A stretch of 64,000 nucleotides of DNA from Candidatus Saccharimonadota bacterium (GCA_028289135.1 JAQGGW010000005.1:2941-66940); one strand, 5' to 3'. Positions 1 through 9,569 are shown, counted from the first letter of the stretch. Made by a program: numbers and translations. The notes: generated by a model from the letters alone, not told the origin.

Positions 1-459
1 GGCGCCGTTTTTTCGGCGGAGCTTGAGGCGTTTGCTGCGGAAACAGGCAGAAAAATATCTTTGGAACTAGAACCAGGAACCTGGTTGGTCGCGCACGCAG
101 GTACGCTTGTGGCGCAAGTTGCGGACATTGTAGATACAGGTCCTCATGGCCGTACATTTTTACGCCTTAACACAGGGATGAATGACCTTATCCGGCCAAC
201 CATGTACGGCGCACAGCACCAGATTGAAGTGCTGAACAACAGCGAGGAAACTAAAAGTTACGTAGTAGTTGGACACAACTGCGAATCTGGCGATATATTA
301 ACACCAGCTCCAGGCAACCCAGAAGAAATTGCCGAACGCGTTTTACATAAAGCAACAATTGGTGATGTTGTCGCCATCTACGACACTGGTGCCTACGGCC
401 GCTACTTTGCAGTAGCCGGCTACAACTCATTCCCATCTGCTAAAGAAATCACCGTTTAG
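1..459 (+). CDS. lysA: Diaminopimelate decarboxylase, C-terminal part (5'-truncated by the window edge)
   Basis: Frame is open from base 1; motifs LELEPG, IRPTMYGA, VVGHNCESGD, DTGAYG, YNS of the fold-III PLP decarboxylase C-terminal domain. Confidence 0.85.
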   Translation, partial: GAVFSAELEAFAAETGRKISLELEPGTWLVAHAGTLVAQVADIVDTGPHGRTFLRLNTGMNDLIRPTMYGAQHQIEVLNNSEETKSYVVVGHNCESGDILTPAPGNPEEIAERVLHKATIGDVVAIYDTGAYGRYFAVAGYNSFPSAKEITV

Positions 460-460
460 C

Positions 461-1210
461 TTATTCCTGGATAATAACTGTGTCACCAATATCCAAGACA
501 CCTGCCGCAATAAGTGCGTCCTGAAAAGAAGGGTTAGTGCGGGCACAGCCATGACTGTCTTTTCTCCCGAGATGGCTTACGACTCTTGTACCATGCACGG
601 CTACCTTGCCGTTAACATATCTTGGCCTGTAAAGTTGAGGTTCCGCGCCATTCGCTTCCAAGTCTGAGTGCACCCAGCCCGACTCGCTCGTACGGCTGCG
701 CTGCACGACAAAGCTGCCGTCTGCCGTTTCGCGGTCTTGGTAAGAGGTAGATTTACCGGTTGAAGTAAGATCGGCAAGCAACACTTTTCCATATCTGTAG
801 GCAACAATTGTCTGGTCGGACTTATCAATGACGACTGCATTATTTCTTTTATCTTTTGCGCTATTCATTTTGGCTATGCCGGCACCGCTCATAATCGATG
901 AGTATGTAGCTGGGCCAATGTTTCCAAAGCCTGATTGATTTTGGGAAGTTATACCTGCCTCAATCTGAAACGCGCCAACTGCATACGCAATGGTTGGGTC
1001 AACAAAGCCGTCGGCTCGCAAAAGTGCTTGTGCGGCCTTCATGCAGGTAGGTGTAACTTCGCCAAGATTTTTGACACTGGTTGGACAATCCGTGGCAGTT
1101 TCGGTTCCTGGATAGTAATTAGTTGGAGCGGCTTCAGCTAACCCAGGAGCGCCAAATGCCATACTGGTTGAAAGAGCTGCGCCTAAGAGTTGATTACGTA
1201 ATCCCATCAT
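461..1210 (-). CDS. Secreted L,D-transpeptidase (YkuD family) with an N-terminal peptidoglycan-binding-like region
   Basis: Signal-peptide-like N-terminus; VVIDKSDQ, STG, and catalytic HGT...SHGCAR motif. Confidence 0.85.
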   Translation of the reverse strand: MMGLRNQLLGAALSTSMAFGAPGLAEAAPTNYYPGTETATDCPTSVKNLGEVTPTCMKAAQALLRADGFVDPTIAYAVGAFQIEAGITSQNQSGFGNIGPATYSSIMSGAGIAKMNSAKDKRNNAVVIDKSDQTIVAYRYGKVLLADLTSTGKSTSYQDRETADGSFVVQRSRTSESGWVHSDLEANGAEPQLYRPRYVNGKVAVHGTRVVSHLGRKDSHGCARTNPSFQDALIAAGVLDIGDTVIIQE

Positions 1211-1236
1211 TTAATTATATCAAAAAACAAAGCGTC

Positions 1237-3168
1237 TTAGGAGATCTTAACAGCGATCAGCTCGGCGTTAAGACGTGAATCTTCGCCCATACCGTAGTAC
1301 TCGTACGAAGGCGTCGCATTGTTGACCAGAAGGCTGTAGAGAATGGTGCGAAGGCGCAGCAGCAGGTTCGACTGCTTGGCGATAACGCGCTCGCGGGCGA
1401 CACTAATAATCCAGTCTTTCATATTGTCGTTTGGCGTCAGGTCTTGGCGCGAGGCAATGTCTTTAATGACCTGTTCAACATCGGTTTGCTCCAAGAAGCC
1501 AAAGTTGGCTGCAATTGAAAGCAAACTTGTGCCTTTGACGGGGTCATTCTCAAACTGTGTGATGTTATAGCGCTCTTTAGGGTCAACATATGGTGTCCGG
1601 CTGCGCACAATCGTCAGGCTAATAATGTGCTCCGGCAGTGTGTGGTAGCGGTTGATAAAAAGCTCGAGCAGCGGCGGGACTTTGTCGGTGAGCTTGGTGG
1701 CATGGTGGTTGGTTAGGATCAGCAGACTTCGTTCAGACGGATGGCTTTGGTGTTGTTTAAGCTCCAGTGCATCGGCCATCGTAATGGTCGAAAAGTCGTC
1801 CAGCGTGGCGTTCCAGTAGCGTTTGCCCCAGCGCCAAGTGACCATAATAATATAGAGTATCAGGCCGATGCTAAGCGGCACGTAACCGCCATCCAAAAAT
1901 TTTAGGCTGTTGGCAGTTAAGAACATAAAGTCGAGCGCCAGCAGCGGCACAAATAAAATAATGCTTGTGGCCTTGGACCAGTTCCAGAGTTTCTGCGCAA
2001 TCAAAATCATGCTGAGGGTAGTAATGACCATTACGCCCGAGACGGCTAGGCCGTAGGCGCTGGCCAGCTTGGCGCTGCTGCCAAAAGTAATAACCAAAAT
2101 GACGCAACCAATATAAAGTGCCCAGTTAACAAACGAAATGTAAATCTGCCCAGCGTGGTGTTCGTGCGTGTGCTGGATCCTCAGACGCGGCAAAAGACCA
2201 AGGTTGACGCCCTGCGCGGCCAAACTGAACGCGCCAGAAATTAAAGCCTGACTGGCAATGACAGTGGCCATGGCAGCCAGCAGCACAACCGGGACCAAAA
2301 TGGCAGAAGGCACCAGGCTATAAAATAAGTTGCCGCCAACGACAGTTTTGCCCTGGAGCAAAAAAGCGCCTTGTCCAAGGTAGTTAAGCATTAAGCAAGG
2401 CATGACCACCACAAACCAGCTGAGGCGGATTGGCAGCCGGCCAAAGTGTCCCATGTCGGCATACAGTGCTTCGCCCCCGGTAATGACCAGCATGACTGAA
2501 CCCAGTACAATAAGCAGCTTTGAAAAAGAAAAAAGCGTAAAGGCGTGGACGGCATAATATGGGTCAAAGGCTTTTAAAATTCCCGGTGCCGAAACAATCT
2601 GGTGAAGGCCCAAAAGCGCGATGGTTATAAACCAAATAAAAATAACCGGCCCGAATAGCTTGCCGATTTTTGATGTCCCACGAGACTGGATTGCAAACAG
2701 GCCGGTTAGGATTGCGAGCGTAATGGGAATGATAAAGGGCGCAAGACCGGGGCTCACAACCTTAAGTCCTTCAACCGCCGAAAGCACGCTAATGGCCGGT
2801 GTGATAATACCGTCGCCAAAAAGCAGGCCGGCGGCAATAATTAACAGGGAAGAAACGGTCAAAATTACCTTGGTTTTATGAGCCTTTAAGAGTGCAAAAA
2901 GTGCAAAAACACCGCCTTCGCCTTCATTGTCTGCCCTCAGAACCCAAAAAACGTACTTGAAGGCCACGACTAAAATCAATGACCATAAAACTAAAGAGAT
3001 AAGACTTAAAATGTTGCTAGCGGATTGGGCTGGATGGGCGCGCCCGAAGAAGATTTCATTTACCGAGTACAGCGGGCTGGTGCCGATATCGCCAAAAACA
3101 ATGCCTAAGGCACCGAATGAAAGGCCGGCTATGCCAGCTTTTGAACGTTTACTAAGAGCGGACGACAT
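1237..3168 (-). CDS. kup: KUP/HAK/KT potassium transporter
   Basis: GIVFGDIGTSPLY, ADNEGEGG, GDGIITPAISVLSAVEG, GGEALYADMGHF signatures; many TM segments. Confidence 0.95.
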   Translation of the reverse strand: MSSALSKRSKAGIAGLSFGALGIVFGDIGTSPLYSVNEIFFGRAHPAQSASNILSLISLVLWSLILVVAFKYVFWVLRADNEGEGGVFALFALLKAHKTKVILTVSSLLIIAAGLLFGDGIITPAISVLSAVEGLKVVSPGLAPFIIPITLAILTGLFAIQSRGTSKIGKLFGPVIFIWFITIALLGLHQIVSAPGILKAFDPYYAVHAFTLFSFSKLLIVLGSVMLVITGGEALYADMGHFGRLPIRLSWFVVVMPCLMLNYLGQGAFLLQGKTVVGGNLFYSLVPSAILVPVVLLAAMATVIASQALISGAFSLAAQGVNLGLLPRLRIQHTHEHHAGQIYISFVNWALYIGCVILVITFGSSAKLASAYGLAVSGVMVITTLSMILIAQKLWNWSKATSIILFVPLLALDFMFLTANSLKFLDGGYVPLSIGLILYIIMVTWRWGKRYWNATLDDFSTITMADALELKQHQSHPSERSLLILTNHHATKLTDKVPPLLELFINRYHTLPEHIISLTIVRSRTPYVDPKERYNITQFENDPVKGTSLLSIAANFGFLEQTDVEQVIKDIASRQDLTPNDNMKDWIISVARERVIAKQSNLLLRLRTILYSLLVNNATPSYEYYGMGEDSRLNAELIAVKIS

Positions 3169-3278
3169 GCCTATAGAGTACCTTTAACCCTTATGTTTTT
3201 GCAAAAAAATATGCCATGAAAAGTAAGCATTCATTGTTGATCTTAAGACAAGCAGTTATAATTGTCCCTGTTCTTTAA

Positions 3279-3352
3279 GGCGCCTTGGCCGAGTGGTTAG
3301 GCAGAGCTCTGCAAAAGCTCGTACACCGGTTCGAATCCGGTAGGTGCCTCCA
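3279..3352 (+). tRNA. tRNA-Cys (GCA)
   Basis: GGCGCCT/AGGTGCC acceptor stem, GAGCT-CT-GCA-AA-AGCTC anticodon arm, GGTTCGAATCC T-arm, encoded CCA. Confidence 0.95.
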
Positions 3353-3448
3353 TACCCCACAAAGCAGGCTTTGCGGGGACCCCAGTTGAAACCTTATTTT
3401 ATGCTAATGTATGACACGCGGTTACAGTTGGCTTACGTAGGGATAAAC

Positions 3449-3533
3449 GCGAGAGTGGCGGAATGGTATACGCGACAGACTTAAAATCTGTTTCCCACAA
3501 GGATTGAGGGTTCAAGTCCCTCCTCTCGCACCA
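3449..3533 (+). tRNA. tRNA-Leu (TAA)
   Basis: GCGAGAG/CTCTCGC acceptor, ACAGA-CT-TAA-AA-TCTGT anticodon arm, long variable arm, GTTCAAGTC T-loop, CCA. Confidence 0.95.
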
Positions 3534-3536
3534 ACT

Positions 3537-3568
3537 AAAAAAGCCATGCCGCAAGGTATGGCTTTTTT
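3537..3568 (+). terminator. Intrinsic (likely bidirectional) terminator after tRNA-Leu
   Basis: AAAAAAGCCATGCC-GCAA-GGTATGGCTTTTTT. Confidence 0.85.
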
Positions 3569-3580
3569 AGTTGGCTGCAG

Positions 3581-3685
3581 GCTGGGACTTGAACGGGAGC
3601 GCCAGTGGCGCTCCCCGACCCGAAGCCCGAGAACTCGTTCGAGGGTCGCTAGTTTACTAGCGAGGCAAGTCCATGAGTCACCAGC
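3581..3685. repeat. Structured tRNA-T-arm-associated element (nested hairpins including GGGAGCGCCAGTGGCGCTCCC)
   Basis: Contains GGGACTTGAAC (reverse complement of the tRNA-Leu T-arm), hairpins at 3595-3615, 3616-3648 and 3647-3662, and closing CAAGTCC at 3666-3672. Confidence 0.55.
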
Positions 3686-3762
3686 TTTATAAAACACGTA
3701 AATTCTCAGCTTTCTCTCAAGTAAAGTGCTATACTATTTATATAAACTAAAGCGGAGTTAAA

Positions 3763-4326
3763 ATGATGATTTTTGTTATTATCGCTATCGTTGTTGTCTT
3801 GGTGGCAGTATTTGCCGGCATGTATAACGGCCTTATTAAGCTAAATGTCCGTGCCGAAGAGGCCTGGAGCGACATTACCGTCCAAATGAAGCGCCGTTTG
3901 GATCTTATCCCAAACCTCGTAAACACCGTTAAAGGTTATGCAACTCACGAAAAGACCGTTTTTGAAGACGTAACCGCTGCCCGCAGCGCCATGGTTAACG
4001 CATCGGGTCCAGCCGACACTGCCAAGGCCGAAAACCAGTTCCAGACAGCCATGAAGAGCATCTTTGCTGTTGCCGAAGCTTACCCAGAGCTTAAAGCCAA
4101 CGAAAACTTCAAAGAACTCCAGGCCGAGCTTGTTGACACCGAAGACAAAATCCAGGCTTCACGCCGCTTTTATAACGGTGTTGTCCGTGACTTTAACACC
4201 AAGCGCAAAGTTTTCCCGACCAGCATTTTTGCCGGCATGCTTGGCTTTAACAAAGACCGTGAATTCTTTGATGTTGCAGAATCAGACCGTGCAGCCGTAG
4301 ACGCACCAGTAGCCGTTAATTTCTAG
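3763..4326 (+). CDS. lemA: LemA family protein
   Basis: N-terminal TM; YN..AWSDI..KRRLDLIPNLV..VKGYA.HE; AEAYPELKAN; RRFYN; FP motif. Confidence 0.95.
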   Translation: MMIFVIIAIVVVLVAVFAGMYNGLIKLNVRAEEAWSDITVQMKRRLDLIPNLVNTVKGYATHEKTVFEDVTAARSAMVNASGPADTAKAENQFQTAMKSIFAVAEAYPELKANENFKELQAELVDTEDKIQASRRFYNGVVRDFNTKRKVFPTSIFAGMLGFNKDREFFDVAESDRAAVDAPVAVNF

Positions 4327-4352
4327 CACCTACCTAATTCCTGGAGACGTGA

Positions 4353-5231
4353 ATGTATAGCGCCATAGCCGAAAACAAACGACGGACAGTCATTATTATG
4401 GCTTTCTTCATCCTTATTGTTGGTGGCTTGGGCTGGGTGTTTAGCAAGGTTTATGGCGGCGGGCGTCCAAGCATTACCATCGGCGTATTAGTCGGCGCGC
4501 TGATTTATACCGTCATTAGTTACTACACTGGCTCAAAAGTCGCTTTGGCAGTTAACGGCGCCCAGCCCGTTGCCAAGGCCGACAATCCACGGCTTTATCG
4601 GATTGTTGAAAACCTGGCAATTACCGACGGCCTCCCAACACCAGCGATATATATGATGGACGACCCCAGCCCAAACGCCTTTGCCACCGGACGTGACCCG
4701 GAGCATTCGGCCGTTTGTGTCACGAGCGGGCTGATGGATATTATGGACGACGCGGAGCTCCAGGGTGTGATTGCCCACGAAATGGGCCATATTAAAAATT
4801 ACGACATCCGGGTAAACATTATTGCCTTTGCGCTGACGGCCGTCATTGGCCTGCTGGCAGACATAATGCTGCGTATGGCGTGGTTTGGTGATGGTGACGA
4901 CGATAGCAACCAGATCTTTTTTATCCTTGGGATTATTGCCGCTATCTTAGCACCAGTGATTGCGACGCTAATCCAGCTTGCGGTTTCACGTCAACGCGAA
5001 TATCTGGCCGACGCGACCAGCGCAATCACAACCCGTTATCCAGAAGGCCTCGAAAGCGCGCTGGCAAAAATAGGCCAATCTGGTTCGGCTTTAAAAAAGC
5101 AAAACACCTCCACCTCGCATTTGTTTTTTGCTAACCCGCTTAAAAAACACGGCATCACAAACCTGTTTAGTACCCACCCGCCAATCGAAGACCGGATTAA
5201 CCGCTTGCGCGAAATGGGCCGGAAAGCCTAA
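4353..5231 (+). CDS. htpX: Zinc metalloprotease HtpX (M48)
   Basis: PNAFATG, AHEMGH, SRQREYLAD, FSTHPP; follows lemA. Confidence 0.95.
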   Translation: MYSAIAENKRRTVIIMAFFILIVGGLGWVFSKVYGGGRPSITIGVLVGALIYTVISYYTGSKVALAVNGAQPVAKADNPRLYRIVENLAITDGLPTPAIYMMDDPSPNAFATGRDPEHSAVCVTSGLMDIMDDAELQGVIAHEMGHIKNYDIRVNIIAFALTAVIGLLADIMLRMAWFGDGDDDSNQIFFILGIIAAILAPVIATLIQLAVSRQREYLADATSAITTRYPEGLESALAKIGQSGSALKKQNTSTSHLFFANPLKKHGITNLFSTHPPIEDRINRLREMGRKA

Positions 5232-5237
5232 CAAATT

Positions 5238-6254
5238 ATGCCGGCAAAAAAGGCTCCCAAAAAAGACACGGCTGTTTCTAAAAAAGTTGTAAAAAAACCA
5301 GTTGCAAAACAAGCGCGCATAATAAAGTCTGACAATGGCGCCAGGCTAAAAAAACTCGGTCGTAAGCAAAAACGCAAACAGCGCGCCGCAAAACTTAAAG
5401 CCGCCCAAAAGCTAAAAACTTTGCCAACAGCGTGGGTTGTACTTGGCAGATCAGTCCGCCACCTGTACAGGCATAAAAAACTTTTCTTAGGCATCTTGCT
5501 GGTCTATGCAATTTTATACGTAATATTTATTAAAGGTTTTAGTGCCAACTTTAAGCTTGGAGACCTGCGCGCCAATCTAAACTCTACCTTCAAAGGCAAA
5601 CAGAATAGTTTCAGCTCGGGCGTGGCATTGTTCGGCCTGCTGCTTGGGACGGCCGGCACAACAAGCAGCGAAACTGGCGGTGTCTACCAAATGCTACTTA
5701 TTACCCTAACCAGTCTTGCGCTCATTTGGGCACTACGAAATACTTTCGGGAAATATCCAAAGGCAGGAATTAAGGAGAGTTTTTATAAAAGTACCGGACA
5801 GCTCGTGCCGTTTTTGGGCGTTGCATTGCTTATGATCGTGCAGCTTTTACCGGCGTTAATTGTGGCATCGCTTTACAGCAGCGTGCAGACAAATGGGCTC
5901 TTGGTTGGATATTTTCAAAGAGGCGTAGGCATTGCGATATTGCTGGCTGGACTGGCATGGACACTGTATATGCTCAGCAGCACGATGTTTGCGCTTTATA
6001 TTGTGACCCTGCCAAATGCCAAGCCGTGGGAGTCGCTCCGGGCTGCTAAAGACCTGGTGCGTTTCCGCCGGGTGCTGGTTATGAGAAAAGTTTTGTTTCT
6101 GCCAGTTGCACTGCTAGTTGCGGCAGCGGTGGTTTTGTTGCCGCTGATAATTTATATCCCAATTGCCGCGGAAGTGATATTTTTAGTTTTTACTATTTTA
6201 ATCCTGGGCGTAGTTCATAGTTACCTTTATACTTTGTACAGGAGCCTAATATAA
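5238..6254 (+). CDS. Multi-pass membrane protein with a Lys-rich N-terminal tail
   Basis: 338-aa ORF in operon context; about 6 hydrophobic segments; basic first ~60 aa. Confidence 0.75.
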   Translation: MPAKKAPKKDTAVSKKVVKKPVAKQARIIKSDNGARLKKLGRKQKRKQRAAKLKAAQKLKTLPTAWVVLGRSVRHLYRHKKLFLGILLVYAILYVIFIKGFSANFKLGDLRANLNSTFKGKQNSFSSGVALFGLLLGTAGTTSSETGGVYQMLLITLTSLALIWALRNTFGKYPKAGIKESFYKSTGQLVPFLGVALLMIVQLLPALIVASLYSSVQTNGLLVGYFQRGVGIAILLAGLAWTLYMLSSTMFALYIVTLPNAKPWESLRAAKDLVRFRRVLVMRKVLFLPVALLVAAAVVLLPLIIYIPIAAEVIFLVFTILILGVVHSYLYTLYRSLI

Positions 6255-6276
6255 AAGTATTGAGGTATATTAATTA

Positions 6277-8295
6277 ATGACTAAATTAGAAGCTGAAGAG
6301 CGTATAAAAAAGCTCCGTATTTTAATTTCGGACTACCGCTACCATTATCATGTCCTGGATCAATCGACCATGAGCGAAGCAGCGGCAGACAGCCTAAAGC
6401 ACGAGCTTTCACAGCTAGAAGAACAATTCCCGGACCTTATAACGCCCGACTCCCCAACCCAGCGTGTGGCGGGTGTGGCGCTGGATAAGTTTGTAAAAGT
6501 CGAACATCTTTTCCCTATGATTAGCCTAAATGATGTCTTTAGCCGTGAAGAAGTTGAGGCATGGATTGTACGCACCGACAAATTGGCACCCGGCCAAACA
6601 CCAGAGTATTTTGTGGATATTAAAATGGACGGTTTGGCGTGTTCAATTATTTATCAAAATGGAATGCTGTCCCAAGCTGTAACCCGTGGCGATGGGCGGG
6701 TTGGCGAAGACGTAACAATGAATATCCGCACCATCGAAAACGTGCCGCTGATGCTGCGCCCGGCAAAAGGATACGAATATTTACTGCAGGGCCGCACTGA
6801 AGTCCGCGGCGAAATTGTGATGTATAAAACTGATTTTGAAGCGCTTAACAAAAAACGCGCTGATGCAAATTTGCCGCTGTTTATGAACCCGCGTAACCTT
6901 GCCGCTGGCACCATCCGCCAGCTTGACCCAAAGTTAGTTGCCGAACGTCCGCTGCATTTTAGGGCATATGATCTACTTCGCGAAAACCCGTCCGAAGTTC
7001 CTACAAACGCAAATGCATACGAAGCATTGTTGGCCGCTGGCGTCACCGCCAACCGCGAGGCAAAAGTTTTTCATACTGTTGATGATGTTATGAATTTTGT
7101 AAAAGAATGGGACGAAAAACGCAAGACGCTGCAGTTTAACACCGATGGGCTGGTGATTAAACTAAATGACCGCGCGCTTTATGCATCACTTGGCGTAGTC
7201 GGCAAAACTCCGCGCGGAGCAGTAGCTTACAAATACGCTGCCGAAGAAGCCACAACCGTTGTACGCGATATTGCCATTAGCATTGGCCGCACTGGCGCGG
7301 CAACACCAGTGGCAGTTTTTGACCCGGTTGTTGTAGCGGGCACAACAGTACAGCATGCCAGCCTGCACAATGCCGACGAAATTGCCCGCAAAGACATCCG
7401 CGTTGGTGACACTGTAATTATCTTTAAAGCCGGTGATATTATCCCCCAAGTTCAATCGGTTTTAACTGAACTTAGGCCAAAAGACACCTTAGTGTTTGAC
7501 TACAAAGCCGAGCTTGCCAAACAGTTTCCAGACCTTGAATTTGAACGCCCAGCCGGTGAGGCTGTCTACCGCGTAAAAGGCAACGCCGGCACAATTTTGC
7601 TTAAAAAAGAGCTGGAGCATTTTGCGAGCCGGGCAGCGCTGGATATTGACGGTTTGGGCGAAAAAAACGTCATCGCACTCATTGACGCACAGCTGGTGTT
7701 GGATATTGCCGATATCTATACCATCCGCAAACAGGATTTGCTGGAGCTTGATCGTTTTGCCGAAATTTCGGCAAGTAAACTCATTGCCGCCATCGCCGAC
7801 AAAAACCACCCCCAGCTGAGCCGTTTTTTATACGGCCTGGGAATCCGGCACATTGGGTCGCAAACGGCCATCGACCTAGCACGCGCTTTCAAAAGCCTGG
7901 ATAGGATCGGCACAGCTTCATACAAAGAACTTATGAGCATCGAAGGCGTCGGCGAGATCGTGGCAGATTCAATTTTAATGTGGTTTGAAGACGACGAACA
8001 CCAAAAACTTTTGGCCAAATTCCGAGCCATTGACGTCTGGCCAGAAGACGACAAAGGCTTGGTTGGCAAACTTGTCGGCGTAAGTATCGTAATTACCGGC
8101 AGCTTAGAAAGCATGAGCCGCGACGAAGCTGCCGACAAAATCCGGGCGCACGGCGGCACTTTCCAAAGCTCAGTCGCCAAAGGCACGACCTATCTTGTCA
8201 TGGGTGCAAAAGCCGGTGAATCCAAGGCCGACAAAGCTCGCAAACTTGGTACGGAAGTTATTGACGAAGCAAAACTTATTGAGCTAATTTCATGA
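6277..8295 (+). CDS. ligA: NAD-dependent DNA ligase
   Basis: KMDG active-site motif, TRGDG..GEDVT, NPRN, DGLVIK, HhH repeats, C-terminal BRCT. Confidence 0.97.
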   Translation: MTKLEAEERIKKLRILISDYRYHYHVLDQSTMSEAAADSLKHELSQLEEQFPDLITPDSPTQRVAGVALDKFVKVEHLFPMISLNDVFSREEVEAWIVRTDKLAPGQTPEYFVDIKMDGLACSIIYQNGMLSQAVTRGDGRVGEDVTMNIRTIENVPLMLRPAKGYEYLLQGRTEVRGEIVMYKTDFEALNKKRADANLPLFMNPRNLAAGTIRQLDPKLVAERPLHFRAYDLLRENPSEVPTNANAYEALLAAGVTANREAKVFHTVDDVMNFVKEWDEKRKTLQFNTDGLVIKLNDRALYASLGVVGKTPRGAVAYKYAAEEATTVVRDIAISIGRTGAATPVAVFDPVVVAGTTVQHASLHNADEIARKDIRVGDTVIIFKAGDIIPQVQSVLTELRPKDTLVFDYKAELAKQFPDLEFERPAGEAVYRVKGNAGTILLKKELEHFASRAALDIDGLGEKNVIALIDAQLVLDIADIYTIRKQDLLELDRFAEISASKLIAAIADKNHPQLSRFLYGLGIRHIGSQTAIDLARAFKSLDRIGTASYKELMSIEGVGEIVADSILMWFEDDEHQKLLAKFRAIDVWPEDDKGLVGKLVGVSIVITGSLESMSRDEAADKIRAHGGTFQSSVAKGTTYLVMGAKAGESKADKARKLGTEVIDEAKLIELIS

Positions 8296-8840
8296 TCCCT
8301 ATTTTTGTGACTGGCAACAAAGGAAAAGTTGATGCTGTTAAAAAATGGCTTGGCTATGAACTGCCGCATGAGGATATAGACCTTGAGGAGCTACAGGAGC
8401 TTGATGCAAGGGTGGTGGTTGAACATAAAGCGCGCCAAGCTTACGAAATATTGAAAAAGCCGGTGTTGATTGACGATACTTCTCTTATTTTTAATGCACT
8501 CGGTAGGCTACCAGGCACTCTTATCAAATGGTTTTTAAGCGAACTTGACCTGGAAAAGTGCTGCCGTTTATTAGACAGTTTTGATGACAGGACGGCAACC
8601 GCGCGTGTGATGCTCGGATTGTTCGACGGCCATGAAATGCATATTTTTGATGCCGAAGTGCCTGGAAGTATTGCCCAGCATCCAAAAGGGGACGGCGGCT
8701 TTGGTTGGAATAGTATCTTCATCCCAAAAGGCAGCGAAAAAACCTACGCCGAAATGGACGACAAAGATCTTGATATCTATGCAGTAAGAAAAAAGACAGT
8801 GACCCAGCTAAAAACCTACCTTGACAAATTAGAAGCATAA
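8292..8840 (+). CDS. Ham1/ITPase-family non-canonical purine NTP pyrophosphatase
   Basis: FVTGNKGK, DLEELQ, DDTSL..ALGRLPG..IKWF, GFGW.SIF.P, TYAEM. Confidence 0.9.
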   Translation: MIPIFVTGNKGKVDAVKKWLGYELPHEDIDLEELQELDARVVVEHKARQAYEILKKPVLIDDTSLIFNALGRLPGTLIKWFLSELDLEKCCRLLDSFDDRTATARVMLGLFDGHEMHIFDAEVPGSIAQHPKGDGGFGWNSIFIPKGSEKTYAEMDDKDLDIYAVRKKTVTQLKTYLDKLEA

Positions 8841-8935
8841 GCGTGTAATAGAAGAGTTCCCGTTCGAGCGGAAATCTCTTTAAGATTTTAAAACAAAAAC
8901 AAAAAGAGCATAGGGTGCAACCCGCTTGAAGCCAT

Positions 8936-8965
8936 AAAAAAGACCAAAGCGTATTGGTCTTTTTT
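8936..8965 (+). terminator. Intrinsic terminator
   Basis: AAAAAAGACCAA-AGCGTA-TTGGTCTTTTTT. Confidence 0.8.
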
Positions 8966-8973
8966 ATAACCTT

Positions 8974-9002
8974 TTGACAGGGGTTAAATGGCTATGTAAA
9001 AT
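8974..9002 (+). promoter_or_regulatory. sigma70 promoter of tRNA-Ala
   Basis: TTGACA-N17-TAAAAT. Confidence 0.8.
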
Positions 9003-9015
9003 ACAGTGACGTTAA

Positions 9016-9092
9016 GGGGATGTAGCTCAGCTGATTAGAGCGCCGCGCTGGCAGTGCGGAGGCCCAGGGTTTGAATCCCTGTATCTCCACCA
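9016..9092 (+). tRNA. tRNA-Ala (GGC)
   Basis: GGGGATG/TATCTCC acceptor with G3:U70, CCGCG-CT-GGC-AG-TGCGG anticodon arm, T-loop TTTGAAT, CCA. Confidence 0.93.
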
Positions 9093-9095
9093 ATT

Positions 9096-9125
9096 AAAAA
9101 GCCGTATCGTAAGATAGGGCTTTTT
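9096..9125. terminator. Bidirectional terminator between tRNA-Ala and the convergent ORF
   Basis: AAAAAGCCGTATC-GTAA-GATAGGGCTTTTT. Confidence 0.75.
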
Positions 9126-9146
9126 AATTTTAAAAGTGAGCTAAGA

Positions 9147-9413
9147 TTAGAGAGCTAAACGTGCGCGTTCTTCATCGGTGAAAGGGCGGCCAAGTGTACC
9201 GAGTCTCTCCGTAAAATCTTCAGGTAGTGAGCTCATGTGTGGCAAGGGGCCATAGGTATGCATGGTCTTAACAAGTCCAGCGATGTCTTCGGGATCAAGA
9301 CTAATTACATCCCAAGGTTGATCGGAAAAAACCTCGACATAGCCACCCTTAAGCGGTATGCCAGCTAGTGGTTCTAGAATTTTGCCTGACTCCTGGTTAC
9401 TACCTGTGGCCAT
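9147..9413 (-). CDS. Hypothetical protein (88 aa)
   Basis: ATG-started ORF with upstream AGGA; ends next to the terminator. Confidence 0.5.
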   Translation of the reverse strand: MATGSNQESGKILEPLAGIPLKGGYVEVFSDQPWDVISLDPEDIAGLVKTMHTYGPLPHMSSLPEDFTERLGTLGRPFTDEERARLAL

Positions 9414-9569
9414 AATGTTATCATCCTAATTAATAAACAAACTGTATCATCTTTGTTATTTTTTGTCAGTCTGTAACATTTTGTTTATATATTCCTCAGG
9501 TTGTTCAGAGTAACCAAAAGCGGTATAGTATGTTCCATAAGATTTTAAGTAAAAAATAGGAACAAATTC

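Noticed and set aside
3504..3697. Mirror-image ORFs on both strands after tRNA-Leu
   Set aside because: Artefact of the inverted repeat and terminator
9016..9092. tRNA-Ala T-loop TTTGAAT instead of TTCGAAT as a sign of pseudogenisation
   Set aside because: All stems, G3:U70, CCA, promoter and terminator are intact; treated as a tolerated variant
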